Source: Candidatus Binatia bacterium (GTDB taxonomy: Bacteria > Desulfobacterota > Binatia > UBA9968 > CAXXLF01). Taken from it: DNA of 64,000 nt. Of the stretch, positions 49,608 through 61,517 are shown one piece after another. The stretch lies in assembly GCA_963664015.2 (NCBI GenBank), contig CAXXLF010000002.1:800001-864000 (forward strand). Reading direction: 5' to 3'. A model generated the notes under the pieces. That model had not been told where the DNA came from. It saw only the letters and a list, made by a program, of their open reading frames with translations, and ran no database searches. Made by a program: the position numbers and the translations under genes. The number at the start of each line of letters is the position of its first letter. Position 1 is the stretch's first letter.

Positions 49608-50759
49608 ATGGAAGCGAAGCTGACTGTCCGGGTGATCAGTAAGATCAGCGAGGTCAAACGCGAGGCATGGGACGGCCTTCTCGACGGGGCCTCCCCATTC
49701 ATGAAGTGGGATTGGCTGGAGAGCCTGGAGCGGACCGGATGCGTCGGCGCAAAAACCGGCTGGCTTCCCCAGCACCTCCTTTTAGAGAAGGACGGCAAGC
49801 CCGTTGGGGCCTGCGCCCTGTATTTGAAATCCCATAGCATGGGAGAGTTCGTTTTCGATCATGAGTGGGCTTGGTTTGCAGAGCGGGCGGGAATCCAGTA
49901 CTACCCCAAGATGCTTGTCGGGGTCCCCTTCACACCTGTCACCGGCAAGCGATTCCTGACGGATCCTAAAGAGAACCGTCGGCAACTGATTGGCCTCATG
50001 GGGCAGACCCTTATCCAGGTATGCAAGGAAAACAAGATTTCTTCGGTCCACGTTAATTTTTGCCTAGAAGAGGAACTGGAGCTTCTCAAACCTCTAGGAT
50101 TTATGCCCAAGATGGGGCTTCAGTTTCACTGGCAGAACCGAGAATACCAATCCTTCGACGACTACCTCAGCTCTTTTCGCAGCGACCGGCGCACCAAGAT
50201 CAAGAAGGAGCGACGGGAACTGTTAACGCAGGGGATCACGGTCAGGTCGGTGGAAGGAGACGATTTGACTTCGGAACTCCTTAAAACCATGTTCGAGCTC
50301 TACAAGGGCCATGTGGACCAACACATGTACGGGCAACAGTATCTAAACGTGCGCTTTTTCGAGGAACTCTCTCAGCGCTTCCGCAACCACCTCTGCCTCA
50401 TCGTCGCCGAGAGGGATTCTCGGGTTATCGCGGGAACCTTGAATGTCCAGGACGATGCGGGGCTTTACGGTCGCTACTGGGGGGCCTTTGAGGATCACCG
50501 TTTTCTCCACTTCAACGTCTGCTATTACGCCGCCATAGAGCACTGCATCCAGAAAGGACTCAGCCGTTTCGAGGCGGGAGCCGGAGGGAGTTTTAAGTCA
50601 CTGCGCGGGATGGAGGCGCAACAAACAGTGAGCACACACTATATTCTGGACCCACGGTTTCGCCAGGCCTTGCAGTCACACCTGAAAGAGGAAAAGGCTT
50701 ACACGGTTTCCAAGCAGGAAGCACTGTTGGAGAAAAGTCCCCTGAAAAAGCTAGAATAG
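49608..50759 (+). CDS. FemAB-like GNAT family protein (DUF482)
   Basis: K.HS.GEFVFDH.WA, YYPK...VPFTPVTG, LYGRYWG, LHF..CYY, FEAGAGG. Confidence 0.85.
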   Translation: MEAKLTVRVISKISEVKREAWDGLLDGASPFMKWDWLESLERTGCVGAKTGWLPQHLLLEKDGKPVGACALYLKSHSMGEFVFDHEWAWFAERAGIQYYPKMLVGVPFTPVTGKRFLTDPKENRRQLIGLMGQTLIQVCKENKISSVHVNFCLEEELELLKPLGFMPKMGLQFHWQNREYQSFDDYLSSFRSDRRTKIKKERRELLTQGITVRSVEGDDLTSELLKTMFELYKGHVDQHMYGQQYLNVRFFEELSQRFRNHLCLIVAERDSRVIAGTLNVQDDAGLYGRYWGAFEDHRFLHFNVCYYAAIEHCIQKGLSRFEAGAGGSFKSLRGMEAQQTVSTHYILDPRFRQALQSHLKEEKAYTVSKQEALLEKSPLKKLE

Positions 50760-50760
50760 G

Positions 50761-53007
50761 TCAAGAATCGCCGAACGAGAAGATGAGCTTATCGTCCTTC
50801 TCATCGATCTCAACCTTGCCGCCGTTTTGAAGTTTCCCAAATAGGATCTCGTCAGCCAGTACCCGTTTAATCTCGGTCTGAATGACTCGAGCCATGGGCC
50901 TTGCCCCAAAAGCCGGGTCGTAGCCCTTTTTTGCCAGCCAACGGCGACCGGCCCCAGTCAGTTGCAGGTAGACCTTCTTTTCGTTGAGCTGGATATCGAG
51001 CTCCATAACAAATTTATCGACCACCCGTTCGATCACCTCTGGGCTCAGCGAGTGAAAGAAGACGGAGGCATCGAGACGGTTGCGGAATTCGGGGCTGAAC
51101 ATTTTTTCCATTGCCTCTTTGCCCTTACCCAGGTTGGTGGTCGTACCAAAACCCAGGGGGGCACCGCTCATTTCCCGCGAACCTGCATTGGTGGTCATGA
51201 TCAAGACGATGTTTCGAAAATCCGCCTTTTTACCATTGTTGTCTGTCAGCGTTGCATGATCCATCACCTGAAGCAGGATATTGAATAAATCCGGATGGGC
51301 TTTCTCAATCTCATCAAGCAAGAGCACCGCATAGGGGGTTTTGGTCACGGCGTCGGTCAGAAGTCCGCCCTGGTCAAATCCCACATAGCCCGGAGGGGCA
51401 CCGATAAGACGGGAGACCGTATGCTTTTCCATGTACTCACTCATGTCGAACCGGATAAATTCGACGCCCAACGTATGGGCAAGTTGTTTGGCCACTTCGG
51501 TCTTTCCCACACCGGTCGGACCGCAGAAGAGAAAACAGCCGATGGGCTTCTCCGGTTGGCCCAGTCCAGAGCGCGACAACTTAATGGCGCTAGCTACCAT
51601 ATCGATAGCCTCGTCCTGGCCAAAGACCGTCAGCTTGAGGTCCCGATCTAAATTGCTCAACTGTTCTTTATCGGATACGGACACACTGCGAGCTGGGATT
51701 TTTGCCATCGTGGCAATGATCTTTTCAATGTCTTTTGGGCCGATGATTTTTTTACGCTTTTCCGGCGGCAATACCTTAACCGATGCCCCAACCTCATCAA
51801 TGACGTCGATGGCCTTGTCCGGTAAACGCCGATCGTTGATGTGCTTTGCGGAAAGCTGCGCCGCCGTCCGTAAAGCCGGAGCACTATAAGTCACACCGTG
51901 GTGCTTCTCGTAGTGCCCCTTCAGGCCCTGGAGAATACGATAGGTTTCTTCGACGCTAGGCTCCGGGACTTCGATTCTCTGGAATCGGCGCGCCAGGGCC
52001 CGGTCCCGCTCGAAATAGCTCTTGTAGTCATGGTAAGTGGCAGAGCCAATGCATTTGAGCTGACCGGAAGAAAGGGCCGGCTTCAGGATATTCGATGCGT
52101 CCATGGAACTGCCGCTGGCGGCACCGGCACCGACAATGGTGTGGATCTCGTCGATAAAGAGGATCGACTCGGGTCGCTTCTTGAGCCCGTTCAAAACACC
52201 CTTTAGACGCGCCTCAAATTCACCTCGGAACTTGGTGCCCGCAAGTAAGGCCCCCATATCCAAGGCGTAAATGACAGCCCCCTTGAGTGCATCGGGCACC
52301 TTCTGCTGGTAGATCCTCAATGCGAGCCCCTCGGCAATGGCGGTTTTTCCCACTCCGGGATCGCCGACGTATATGGGGTTGTTTTTCCTCCTGCGACAAA
52401 GAATATGGATCGTTCGCTCGATCTCGTTGTCTCGTCCGATCAAGGGGTCGATTCGGCCTTGGCGCGCTTCTTCCACCAGGTTGACAGTAAAGGACTCAAG
52501 GGGGTCCCGTGACCGTCTCGGGCTTTCCTCCTCCTGCTCCTCGTCGTTTTCCAACTCCGGTGGCTCATCATCCGCAACCTTGGAGATTCCGTGGGAGACA
52601 AAGTTGATAACGTCGAAACGAGTGATGCCCTGCTTCTGGAGAAGATAAGCCGCATGGGACTCGGGTTCACGAAACAGTGCAGCCAGGATGTCACCACCAC
52701 GAATCTCGGACTTCTCGGCGGATTGGGCATGGAGGATGGCCCTTTGCAGGACCCGGTGAAAGCCAAGGGTTTCCTGGGGCTTGCGCTCCATAGGCTCGGG
52801 CAGCTTCTCTAGATGGCCCTCGAGAAACTCTTCCAGGTCTTTCCTTAATTGCTCCACATCGCCCCCGCACTGGACAATGGTACGTTTCGATTCCTCATCT
52901 TGCAGCAAGGCGAACAGCAGGTGCTCGATACAGACAAATTCATGACGGCGCTGTTTCGCTTCTTGAAATGCCAGTTTGAGGATCTTTTCGAGTTCCTTAG
53001 CAATCAT
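50761..53007 (-). CDS. clpA: ATP-dependent Clp protease ATP-binding subunit ClpA
   Basis: Two AAA+ modules ([16 protein letters not shown]), no ClpB M-domain, LGF ClpP-docking loop, downstream of clpS. Confidence 0.95.
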   Translation of the reverse strand: MIAKELEKILKLAFQEAKQRRHEFVCIEHLLFALLQDEESKRTIVQCGGDVEQLRKDLEEFLEGHLEKLPEPMERKPQETLGFHRVLQRAILHAQSAEKSEIRGGDILAALFREPESHAAYLLQKQGITRFDVINFVSHGISKVADDEPPELENDEEQEEESPRRSRDPLESFTVNLVEEARQGRIDPLIGRDNEIERTIHILCRRRKNNPIYVGDPGVGKTAIAEGLALRIYQQKVPDALKGAVIYALDMGALLAGTKFRGEFEARLKGVLNGLKKRPESILFIDEIHTIVGAGAASGSSMDASNILKPALSSGQLKCIGSATYHDYKSYFERDRALARRFQRIEVPEPSVEETYRILQGLKGHYEKHHGVTYSAPALRTAAQLSAKHINDRRLPDKAIDVIDEVGASVKVLPPEKRKKIIGPKDIEKIIATMAKIPARSVSVSDKEQLSNLDRDLKLTVFGQDEAIDMVASAIKLSRSGLGQPEKPIGCFLFCGPTGVGKTEVAKQLAHTLGVEFIRFDMSEYMEKHTVSRLIGAPPGYVGFDQGGLLTDAVTKTPYAVLLLDEIEKAHPDLFNILLQVMDHATLTDNNGKKADFRNIVLIMTTNAGSREMSGAPLGFGTTTNLGKGKEAMEKMFSPEFRNRLDASVFFHSLSPEVIERVVDKFVMELDIQLNEKKVYLQLTGAGRRWLAKKGYDPAFGARPMARVIQTEIKRVLADEILFGKLQNGGKVEIDEKDDKLIFSFGDS

Positions 53008-53008
53008 C

Positions 53009-53335
53009 TCAGGCCTCTTCCATAGTACATTTTAAAGGGTATTCATGCTGACGGGCGAGATCTTCCACCATAGAGACCTTAGTCTCGGCCACCTCGTATG
53101 TGTAGACACCAGCGATACCGAGGCCGTTTTGATGGACATGCAACATAATATGAATCGATTCCGTTTGATCTTTGTGGAAGACGTATTGGAGAATTTGAAC
53201 GACAAATTCCTTTGTCGTGTAATCGTCATTGTGCAAGAGGACCTTGTATAGAGGTGGTTTCTTGAGCTTTTTCTCGGTTTCCTTTTCGGTCTCAAGAACG
53301 ACCTCCCGATCAACAGCGCTCTCTTTACGGCTCAT
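53009..53335 (-). CDS. clpS: Clp protease adaptor ClpS
   Basis: YKVLLHNDDYT..EFVV, ML.VH..G, EVAETK, YPL.CTME. Confidence 0.95.
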   Translation of the reverse strand: MSRKESAVDREVVLETEKETEKKLKKPPLYKVLLHNDDYTTKEFVVQILQYVFHKDQTESIHIMLHVHQNGLGIAGVYTYEVAETKVSMVEDLARQHEYPLKCTMEEA

Positions 53336-53427
53336 GGCTTGCTCTGATTGGCTTTCATTCTATTTTTACGAGATCGTCCGCACTTTGTCAAAGAGGAAAA
53401 AGCGTCCTTGATTAGAAGACCTGACGC

Positions 53428-53835
53428 CTATGATTTCTTCCATCGGACCGTTTTTTCCCGAACCGGAATACCGTCTCCGAGCAGGGTTCTTCCACCCTTT
53501 GGGAATCCCTTGGGGGGAACGGCGCCAACCACGGCAAATATCACGTCCCGTCGCGATTCGTTGCCGATGGCTCGATTCACCCTGGGTGAGACTCGAACAA
53601 CCGTCCCCTCGGGCATGGGATGACGCCGACCGTCGAGGATTATGGTCCCCGTCCCTTTCAGTGTCATGTAGACTTCTTCCTGGACCTTATGGCGGTGTAA
53701 GAAAGGCCCACCCTCCCCTGGTTTGAATCGAACGAGACTCATGCCCACTGCCTTGCAGTCCATCGGGCGAGAGAGAAAATGACGCCCCTTCACCTTGCTT
53801 AAAGGCAAGTATTGTTTTTTGTACTTGGTCTTCAT
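53428..53835 (-). CDS. Cupin domain protein
   Basis: PG.G.PFLHRH..QEEVY...G.G, RV.P...RAI.N. Confidence 0.8.
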   Translation of the reverse strand: MKTKYKKQYLPLSKVKGRHFLSRPMDCKAVGMSLVRFKPGEGGPFLHRHKVQEEVYMTLKGTGTIILDGRRHPMPEGTVVRVSPRVNRAIGNESRRDVIFAVVGAVPPKGFPKGGRTLLGDGIPVREKTVRWKKS

Positions 53836-54620
53836 GATGGGAGAACTCCTATGTTGTCAGTTATCCCGAGGGACCTGTCGTAACATGCCTTCGATATTGA
53901 GGGATAGATAATCTTTGTACCGGCTCCATTCCCTGTATTTTCCATCGTGATCGCCCGCTTGATCTCGGCTTCGGATTTACCCTGCCGCGCATAGGCAACG
54001 ACTTGGCCCCAGAGCTCTTCCATATAACCACGAAATGCTCGGACATCGGCTTTACCCCCTTTGGGCCCGTGGCCGGGGACTAGGGTTTCAAAATCCAGCG
54101 CCTCGACCCGTTTTAAAGATTCAATCCACGGGTCAATATAGGAGTCGCTCAGGTCCCGGTACGGGAGACTCTTCACCGGTATGAAATCCACTGCGAACAG
54201 GGTCTTTTGGGTGGGGAAGCGCATGACGATGGAATTATCCGAATAGTTTTTACGAACAATGGCCTCCTTGGCCTTCTCATGGGCGACGACAACGGCGGTA
54301 TCGGCAAAGACCTCACCACCCGAGATATGGTCCGCATGGTCATTACTAAAGATCAGGAACTTGACCGGCTGGGCAAAGCGACGGGTCAGCTCCCCCTTGA
54401 GCCAGCGGGCGGCTTCCTTGTTAACGGGATCCGTGGGGATGATGCTATCGGGGGTAACCAGAAAAACCGAATAGTGGAAATTGTTAGGAAAACGATACAG
54501 GTCCCCGGAGATCTGGGTGATCGCCCGCTCCGCCCTACTCTGCGCCAATCCAGCAGACGCGGTGACCAACTGCAGGCTGATAACGATCGCTGCGAGTAGT
54601 CTAGCGGGGTCTCTCACCAT
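53832..54620 (-). pseudogene. Secreted metallo-beta-lactamase fold protein, probably decayed
   Basis: Signal peptide, SNDHADH (first His lost), NYSD, PGHG; apparent internal deletion and aberrant C-terminus. Confidence 0.6.
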
Positions 54621-54621
54621 T

Positions 54622-56316
54622 TCAACGATTTCCGTTGTGGGGGAATCCGGTCACCGCCCCATCGGCAGCGGAAGAGACGAGCATCGCATATTTGGCCATA
54701 ACACCACTGGTATAGTGCGGCGCCGGCGCGCTCCATTGGCCACGTCGAAATTGTAACTCCTTATCCGAGAGTTCGACATCCAGGCTCCGCCCCTCGACAT
54801 CAAAAATCACCATATCACCGTCGCGCAAAAGTGCGATAGGACCGCCGTTGGCAGCCTCCGGAGCCACATGGCCCGCCATAAGACCGTGGGTCGCACCGGA
54901 GAAACGACCGTCTGTAAGCAATGCCACCGAATCTCCCAGTCCTGCACCAACGAGGGCCGCCGTAACGGCGAGCATCTCCCTCATTCCTGGCCCCCCTTTG
55001 GGCCCTTCATAACGAATCACCACCACATCCTCTGCCTGGATTCGACCCGCCTGGACTGCCTCGAAGGCATCCTCTTCACGGTCAAAGACACGGGCGGGGC
55101 CGCGGTGCTTGATCCGCTCGTGGCCCGCTACCTTGATTACACATCCCTCGGGGGCGAGGTTGCCTTTCATAATCACCAGCCCGCCGGTGGACTTGAGCGG
55201 ATTCGAGAGTGGGCGAACAACCTCCTGGCCCGGTGTTTCTACTGCCTGCGATGCCTCCTCGCCGATGGTCCGGCCGGTTACCGTCATGGGTTGGCCGTTC
55301 AGCATTCCCCCCTCAAGGAGTCGACGTGCCACGAGCTGCATCCCACCGGCCTTGTAGAGGTCTGTCGCCACGAAACGTCCACCCGGTTTGAGATCTGCAA
55401 GGAGCGGAGTGCGATTGCTTACACGATCAAAATCCTCGATGGTCAGACCGATTCCAGCCTCACGTGCTACGGCCAGCAGGTGGAGAACCCCATTGGTAGA
55501 ACCTCCAGTGGCCGCGATGGCCGCGATGGCGTTTTCCAGGGCCGGCAGCGTGATGATATCTTTGGGAACCAGGTTCCATTCCAGCAGTTTCATAACCAAT
55601 TGACCGGCATTGAAGGCCTCATCGTCCTTGCGGGTGTCCATGGCTGGGACGCTCGCACTTCCCATGGGCGAGATGCCCATCAGCTCGAAGGCCGTGGCCA
55701 TCGTGTTGGCGGTGAATTGCCCCCCACAGGCCCCCGGGCCCGGACAGGTTTGTCCCTCGAGCTCTTTTAAATCACTATCCGTCATTTTGCCGGCTGCGTG
55801 TGCCCCGACCGCTTCAAAGACATCCTGAATCGTCACATCCTTCCCACGGAAGCTTCCCGGCATAATAGACCCGCCGTAGAGCATCAGGGAAGGGATATTT
55901 AAACGGGCTAGCGCCATCACCGTGCCTGGGATCGTCTTATCACAACCGGAAAGCGCCACTACGGCATCAAAGAGGTGACCACGGACCACAAGCTCGATAG
56001 AATCGGCTATCACCTCACGACTGACCAGTGACGCCTTCATCCCCTCGGTGCCCATAGTGATACCGTCAGAAACGGCTATCGTATTGAACTCGATGGGCGT
56101 TCCTCCAGCGGCGCGGATCCCCTCTTTAACCTTTGCCGACAGACGCCGCAGGTGATAGTTGCACGGCATCACTTCGATCCACGTATTGGCCACCCCAACG
56201 AGCGGGCGGGCAAGGTCTTCATCCGTAAAGCCGATCCCCTTGAGCATGGCCCGGGCCGGAGCTCGATCGGGTCCATCGGTGATCATGCGGCTGCGCTCTT
56301 TGAGGTTGTGCGCCAT
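54622..56316 (-). CDS. ilvD: Dihydroxy-acid dehydratase
   Basis: [48 protein letters not shown]. Confidence 0.95.
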   Translation of the reverse strand: MAHNLKERSRMITDGPDRAPARAMLKGIGFTDEDLARPLVGVANTWIEVMPCNYHLRRLSAKVKEGIRAAGGTPIEFNTIAVSDGITMGTEGMKASLVSREVIADSIELVVRGHLFDAVVALSGCDKTIPGTVMALARLNIPSLMLYGGSIMPGSFRGKDVTIQDVFEAVGAHAAGKMTDSDLKELEGQTCPGPGACGGQFTANTMATAFELMGISPMGSASVPAMDTRKDDEAFNAGQLVMKLLEWNLVPKDIITLPALENAIAAIAATGGSTNGVLHLLAVAREAGIGLTIEDFDRVSNRTPLLADLKPGGRFVATDLYKAGGMQLVARRLLEGGMLNGQPMTVTGRTIGEEASQAVETPGQEVVRPLSNPLKSTGGLVIMKGNLAPEGCVIKVAGHERIKHRGPARVFDREEDAFEAVQAGRIQAEDVVVIRYEGPKGGPGMREMLAVTAALVGAGLGDSVALLTDGRFSGATHGLMAGHVAPEAANGGPIALLRDGDMVIFDVEGRSLDVELSDKELQFRRGQWSAPAPHYTSGVMAKYAMLVSSAADGAVTGFPHNGNR

Positions 56317-56337
56317 TCTTCGTTCCCCCTTAGTCTT

Positions 56338-57360
56338 CTAAGCTGATTCGTCCAACCACATGAGCTTGGCCGGATTGTCCTTGAGCATCATCCGAATCTG
56401 TTCCGGTTGGATCCCATACGCAAGCAGCGCGCGGAGAAACACTCGCATACCATCGATGGCATCCATATGCAGCACCTGGCCGAAGTCGCTTCCTATAATA
56501 CAGCGCTCGGGACCGATCGCCTGGATCGTCCGTATGGTCTCCATAGGATCCGCCACCGGTTGATAGAGGCTGGGGATCATAGGTTGACAATAGGTACCCA
56601 CATAAACACCGAGGTCGGCCAACTCCTTCATTTCATCAAGCAAAAGCTTATTGAGTTCCAGCAGCGGATGATCCAGGGTAGCACGAACACCCAACTCCCT
56701 TGCCAATTTGGCGAGCGGAAGTAGTTCCGGAAAATCCGTGTGGCCGAAGCCAACCCCGACCTTACGCTCGGCGGCCATCTTCATGATCTCCACCACGTCA
56801 GGCAGCACCTGCCCGTCCTCGCCGACCAATTTCACGCCTGCCTTCTCAGGATGGCCGGCACTACGCCAGAATCCATAGGAAGTAAAGGTGGGGAACCAGA
56901 TCATCTTGAAATTGGGGTACTGGAGGGCCACGCGAATGTACTCGGGGTTCATTCCATGACATGTCCCGGCTCCACCATAGACCTCGACACGGCGCTCAAG
57001 CTCTCCTCGTTCTACCAGGGAGTCGACATGGCGCTGGACAAGGTAGGCAGCGCTACAGCTGATATTCCAATGGTCCTTGAAGGCTACGGCACGCATTCCG
57101 GATTTGGAGGCTTCGATGGCGACTTGAATCATATCCTGGGACCGTTGGACAAAATCCGGATAGGCGTGGATATGGCAATCAATAGCCCCTTGCAAGAACT
57201 CATTTTCGATCCCCGGATAGATCTTAAGCATCTCCGGGTTATCCTTGAGCATCTGATAAAAATAATCCTTGGCATTGAGTTGACGGACCCGTTCCACACT
57301 GAGAGTACGCCCAACCATCAATTCGGCTGCTGCAGCGGCATCGGCGGCAAAATCACACAT
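56338..57360 (-). CDS. DUF6282 family amidohydrolase-fold protein
   Basis: GAID.H.H..PD, KDH, WFPT, GH, DHP, GSDFGQ. Confidence 0.75.
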   Translation of the reverse strand: MCDFAADAAAAAELMVGRTLSVERVRQLNAKDYFYQMLKDNPEMLKIYPGIENEFLQGAIDCHIHAYPDFVQRSQDMIQVAIEASKSGMRAVAFKDHWNISCSAAYLVQRHVDSLVERGELERRVEVYGGAGTCHGMNPEYIRVALQYPNFKMIWFPTFTSYGFWRSAGHPEKAGVKLVGEDGQVLPDVVEIMKMAAERKVGVGFGHTDFPELLPLAKLARELGVRATLDHPLLELNKLLLDEMKELADLGVYVGTYCQPMIPSLYQPVADPMETIRTIQAIGPERCIIGSDFGQVLHMDAIDGMRVFLRALLAYGIQPEQIRMMLKDNPAKLMWLDESA

Positions 57361-57636
57361 GCGACCATTCCCCTTTCAGAAGACTAATCTCGGTTTATGG
57401 CCGCTTCAGAGAAATCAATTCCTCTCTAGCGTCCTCCATCGGCGTAGCAAAATCGCTGTATAAAATCTAGAGCCATTAACCGGCCACCGCCATCTACCTC
57501 AAAAAGGGGTAGGTGGTCGGCTAGGCTTGCAGGAGTTCAGACCGCCTCGCTCCCTACCTTTTGCCCCCTTACCTATTGAATTAACCATCAGGATCATATT
57601 AGTTTGTCCTCAAAACCCACGGTAGGAGGTCGGAAT

Positions 57637-58656
57637 ATGCCCACCATCGATGCGGACGCGCATGTCATCGAAACCGAGCGCACATGGGAATTCATGGACG
57701 AATCGGAGAGTCGATTCAGACCGGTTACGGTCGCGTCCACGACGGACTCGGGGAAGCAGCATTGGCTCATCGACGGTAAGGTCTTTAACCGTGGCAGCAA
57801 TGTGGGGAAAGACACCTCGGAGGCCTCACGGGAAATGAAGGATATCGAGGCAAGATTGAGGCACATGGACGAGTTGGGCATCGACGTTCAGGTCCTTTAC
57901 CCTTCCATGTTCCTTAGACCCATGACCAATCGCCCCGAAGTCGAACGGGCCCTGTGCAAAAGCTATAACCGCTGGCTTTCTGAGATCTACAGAAAGGGGG
58001 AGAAACGCCTGCACTGGGCAGCCATCCTCCCCCTCCTCAAAATTGATTACGCCTTAACAGAGCTCAAGTGGGCCAAGGACAATGGCGCTTGTGCTATCTT
58101 TACCCGCGCCATCCCGGAGGACCGGCTTCTCACGGACGCCTATTTTTACCCGCTTTACGAGGAAGCGAGCAGACTCAATATCCCTGTTTGCGTCCACGCC
58201 TCCACCGGAAGCTTCGACTGGAACGGGGTTTTCGAGCGGGAAATCGGTTTCGGAAAATTCAAGCTACCCGTGGTTTCGAGCTTCCACTCCATCGTCTACG
58301 AAGGTCTCATGGAGCGGTTCCCAAAACTCAAATTCGGATTCATTGAGGTGAGTGCTCAATGGGTGCCTTACGCTATTCACGACCTCAACAAACGGTTTGA
58401 AAGGAAAGGCGCACACCTCAGCCCGGACTTCATGCGGGAGATGCGGCTTTATGTGGCCTGTCAGACCGATGACGACCTTGCCTATATCCTCAAGTACTCG
58501 GGAGAGGACAATATACTCATCGGCTCCGACTATGGGCATGCAGACACGGCCACAGAAATCGAGGCCCTACGCAGTCTAAAACAGAAGGGCGAAGTTCCAG
58601 CTACGGCTATCGGAAAGATACTGGCCGATAATCCGAGCGCCCTATATAACCTCTAA
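57637..58656 (+). CDS. Amidohydrolase_2 family protein
   Basis: IDADAHV.E, D..GIDVQVLYP, CVH, FP.LKFGFIE, GSDYGH; AGGAGG RBS. Confidence 0.9.
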   Translation: MPTIDADAHVIETERTWEFMDESESRFRPVTVASTTDSGKQHWLIDGKVFNRGSNVGKDTSEASREMKDIEARLRHMDELGIDVQVLYPSMFLRPMTNRPEVERALCKSYNRWLSEIYRKGEKRLHWAAILPLLKIDYALTELKWAKDNGACAIFTRAIPEDRLLTDAYFYPLYEEASRLNIPVCVHASTGSFDWNGVFEREIGFGKFKLPVVSSFHSIVYEGLMERFPKLKFGFIEVSAQWVPYAIHDLNKRFERKGAHLSPDFMREMRLYVACQTDDDLAYILKYSGEDNILIGSDYGHADTATEIEALRSLKQKGEVPATAIGKILADNPSALYNL

Positions 58657-59810
58657 TCGGGTTTTTACCGTTGCGTACACCCACACGAAACCCGAACCGC
58701 CGGGCCACAAGGGCGACTCCAACCGTCATGGCAATCATCACAAGACTTACGATGCCTGCAGCCTCCAGCTCGGCCCCATTCGAATGGGTCATCAGTTCCA
58801 ACGCAAGGATTGAGAGTGTCACTATTCCACGGCTGGCCAAAAGGATGATGCCGCTCGTCGCCTGCGCTGCCAGGACGAAATTAAACGCCCCTACCAGGAC
58901 CAATATTGGCATGATCAGCGGGAGACAGATTCTAAAGTAAGTCCGCCACCAACCAGCCCCGGATAGCCTTGAGGCCTCTTCCAGCTCTTCTCCCATCTGG
59001 AGGAATATCCCCTTAAACAACTGGGCACTGGTCATTTTACCCTGTAGTAACGTCACCAGGATCAGCGCCCAGATCGTACCGAAGATGGGCTTCAACAACG
59101 GTGGCCCCAGGAATAGCCAGAGCAAGCCCAAGCCGGCCAGGATACCGGGGATCGAGGCGGACATCCAGAATAGGGAATCCAAAATGCCCCGCATATGCCA
59201 TTTAGTGCGCACGAGCACGTAAGCGACAATGGAGAACAGCAAGGGAGAAATCAAGGCGGTGCTGCTGCTTAACAGGACCGTGTTCTTCAGTGCCTGGAGA
59301 AGAAACCGATCCTGGAGCACCTCTCGCCAATGGTGGAGGCTCCATACGGTGTTGAGTTGGAAGAAGCCGACCCGGGTCATGAAGCTCCCTCAAACCAATA
59401 TCAACACGGGGACTACGGTAAGAAAAACAACCACAGATATGACCAATCCGGTCGCTATTGGCTGAAACCATCCCAAGTGAATCAACCCCGGTTTATACGC
59501 CTAAGTCACCGTGGTGTATTGACGTCGCTGCAGAAGCCAGCGCTGCACTGGGATGATGGCGGCGATGAGAATGATGGTGACACTGGCTAGGGCCGTTGCC
59601 TGCCCATACTGGGGCGGATCAAAATCCCGAATCTGCTGAAAGATCTTGGTGGAGTATACGAAAAAACCAATAGACGTGCCCAGGATTCTTTCGGTCTCAA
59701 AACTCTGGAAGACGCGGACCACGTTTAACATGAGAACGACCATCATGTATGGGATCATCACGGGCAGGAGTACCCTCATCATGGTGCCGAAAGTGGTTGC
59801 CCCGATGCAA
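58607..59810 (-). pseudogene. FbpB-like ABC permease, N-terminus deleted, in-frame TAG (59501) and TGA (near 59390)
   Basis: FQSFE.E.ILG, QYTTVT*AYKPG, ILV*GSFMTR, ELEEASRLSGA EAA motif. Confidence 0.8.
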
Positions 59811-60260
59811 AACCACCATTGCTCCTGTCCCACGCGTTTTTCTTGAGGACCTCGGGATGAATCAAAAGGGGCGTGATGGGTTCGATAACTTTGGCAGGGA
59901 TGAGCCGAGTATTGGCATAGGTAATGCCGCCCATCCAAACATCAAGGATAAAGCGACCGGCTCATCGCTCGGCCAGGCCCCGGTCCGACTGCTGCCGGGA
60001 GGACCCAGTGGAAGACACGACCTTGATCTTGTACTTGTCCTCAAACTGCCCGATAAGCTTCCACACCCCACGACCGATACCACAGCAGATAAACGCAACG
60101 ACCTTTTCTTCTTTTTGGGCCTTCTTGAGTAGCTTTGCCCACTTTTCATCAAACAAACCTTGCTGGGTAAATCCTGCTGTGGGTGCGGCCAATAAGACCA
60201 CAAGGCCTGTAAGAATAGCGCAGAAATTTATTAATCGTCGTAGCTTCTTTTTTTTCTCCT
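59810..60260 (-). pseudogene. N-terminal fragment of an ABC solute-binding protein, fused by deletion to the permease
   Basis: Signal peptide, W..L...AQKE.KV, FE.KY.IKV, LAER*AGRF..DVWMGG, LIHPEV. Confidence 0.75.
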
Positions 60261-60269
60261 TATAAGACT

Positions 60270-61517
60270 CTATTTTGCCTGGTCGACAGATGTGCTGCCG
60301 AGTGGAGCGAGCTCTCGAATTCCGCCCTTCTTCACTTCCGGAGCCCGATCGGCCCTCGTCTGTTCCAGTCCACTGTCAATGTTGGTATCGATTATGGGTT
60401 GATTGGGATCCCGTGAAAATCCATGTATGGGGTCAAGCCCGGCTTGTACCCTTTCGATGTTCTCTTTCAACATCTCCCTTAGCATCACGATCCCTTTGTC
60501 CGAGGTGGCCAGGCGCTCTTTGGTTCGGTCAGCAACGGGTCCCTGGGTTTCCCAGGCCATATGATCCTGCGGAATTACGTGATGCAGGGTATACTTTGTA
60601 TAGGGATGAATCTGATTGGCCGGCTCCTTGTATGGCTCCTTGTACTCCACCGGTGGGTCTTCCGAATCAACGACGGGCTCGCCGTTAGTCGGAATGTTAA
60701 ACATCACGTGAATATGCATGGTATGCTCGTCATCGATGGGTACACGAATCTGGGTGCTTGCCCCTTGTCTAAGAATATTGGGGAAGATTACGGGATGTTC
60801 ATCCAACATGCCATTTTTATAAAGCCGTTTTTTGATAATGCCGTAGGGGACCGTATAAAATTCGAAATTGTCAACGTCATCGATAAATCCCCGGGTCGTG
60901 CTCTTTGGTTTTCTCCCTTTCCTACCGGCAAATTCTTGATGAAGAACCTGCAGATGTGATGGATCCGCAGAGTTCTCCATGGCCTGCAACCAATTGCAGT
61001 CCAACTGAGGGTGAACCACGATCTTGCGGTTACCGTCGATACGGAACAACGTATCGTACTTCGGGATCTGGGGGGCGGGCTCAGGGCCCATGTAGGCCCA
61101 GTAGAGGCCCACGAGCTTCTGTACGGGATAGGCCTTTTGTTTGATTGTAAGCCGGAACTTGCTCTCCGCAGGTTCGGGTGGAGTTTCTAAACAATTCCCC
61201 TGCGTGTCATAGAGCCAACCGTGATAGGCGCAGGCGATACCCCGCTCTTCGACCCGACCATAAACAAGCGACGCGCCACGATGGGCACAGCGGTCTTCCA
61301 GGAGCCCCACGCGACCTTTCTTATCCCTGAAAAGAACCAGGTTTTCACCCATGATCCGGACAAACTTGGTCGGGTTTTCCTCGGTCAGTTCCTTGGCGAC
61401 GGCGACCGGTTGCCAGTAACGGCGCAGTAGCTCTCCGGCTGGCTGGCCCGGTCCGACCCGAGTTAGGAAGTTGTTCATCGCTTGAGTCATTTGCACTGTG
61501 TTGTCTCCTTTTTTCAT
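60270..61517 (-). CDS. Rieske non-heme iron oxygenase alpha subunit (phthalate 4,5-dioxygenase/LigX-like)
   Basis: CAHRG...CAYHGW, ENSADPSHLQVLH, QDHMAWETQG; true start may be 61490. Confidence 0.88.
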   Translation of the reverse strand: MKKGDNTVQMTQAMNNFLTRVGPGQPAGELLRRYWQPVAVAKELTEENPTKFVRIMGENLVLFRDKKGRVGLLEDRCAHRGASLVYGRVEERGIACAYHGWLYDTQGNCLETPPEPAESKFRLTIKQKAYPVQKLVGLYWAYMGPEPAPQIPKYDTLFRIDGNRKIVVHPQLDCNWLQAMENSADPSHLQVLHQEFAGRKGRKPKSTTRGFIDDVDNFEFYTVPYGIIKKRLYKNGMLDEHPVIFPNILRQGASTQIRVPIDDEHTMHIHVMFNIPTNGEPVVDSEDPPVEYKEPYKEPANQIHPYTKYTLHHVIPQDHMAWETQGPVADRTKERLATSDKGIVMLREMLKENIERVQAGLDPIHGFSRDPNQPIIDTNIDSGLEQTRADRAPEVKKGGIRELAPLGSTSVDQAK

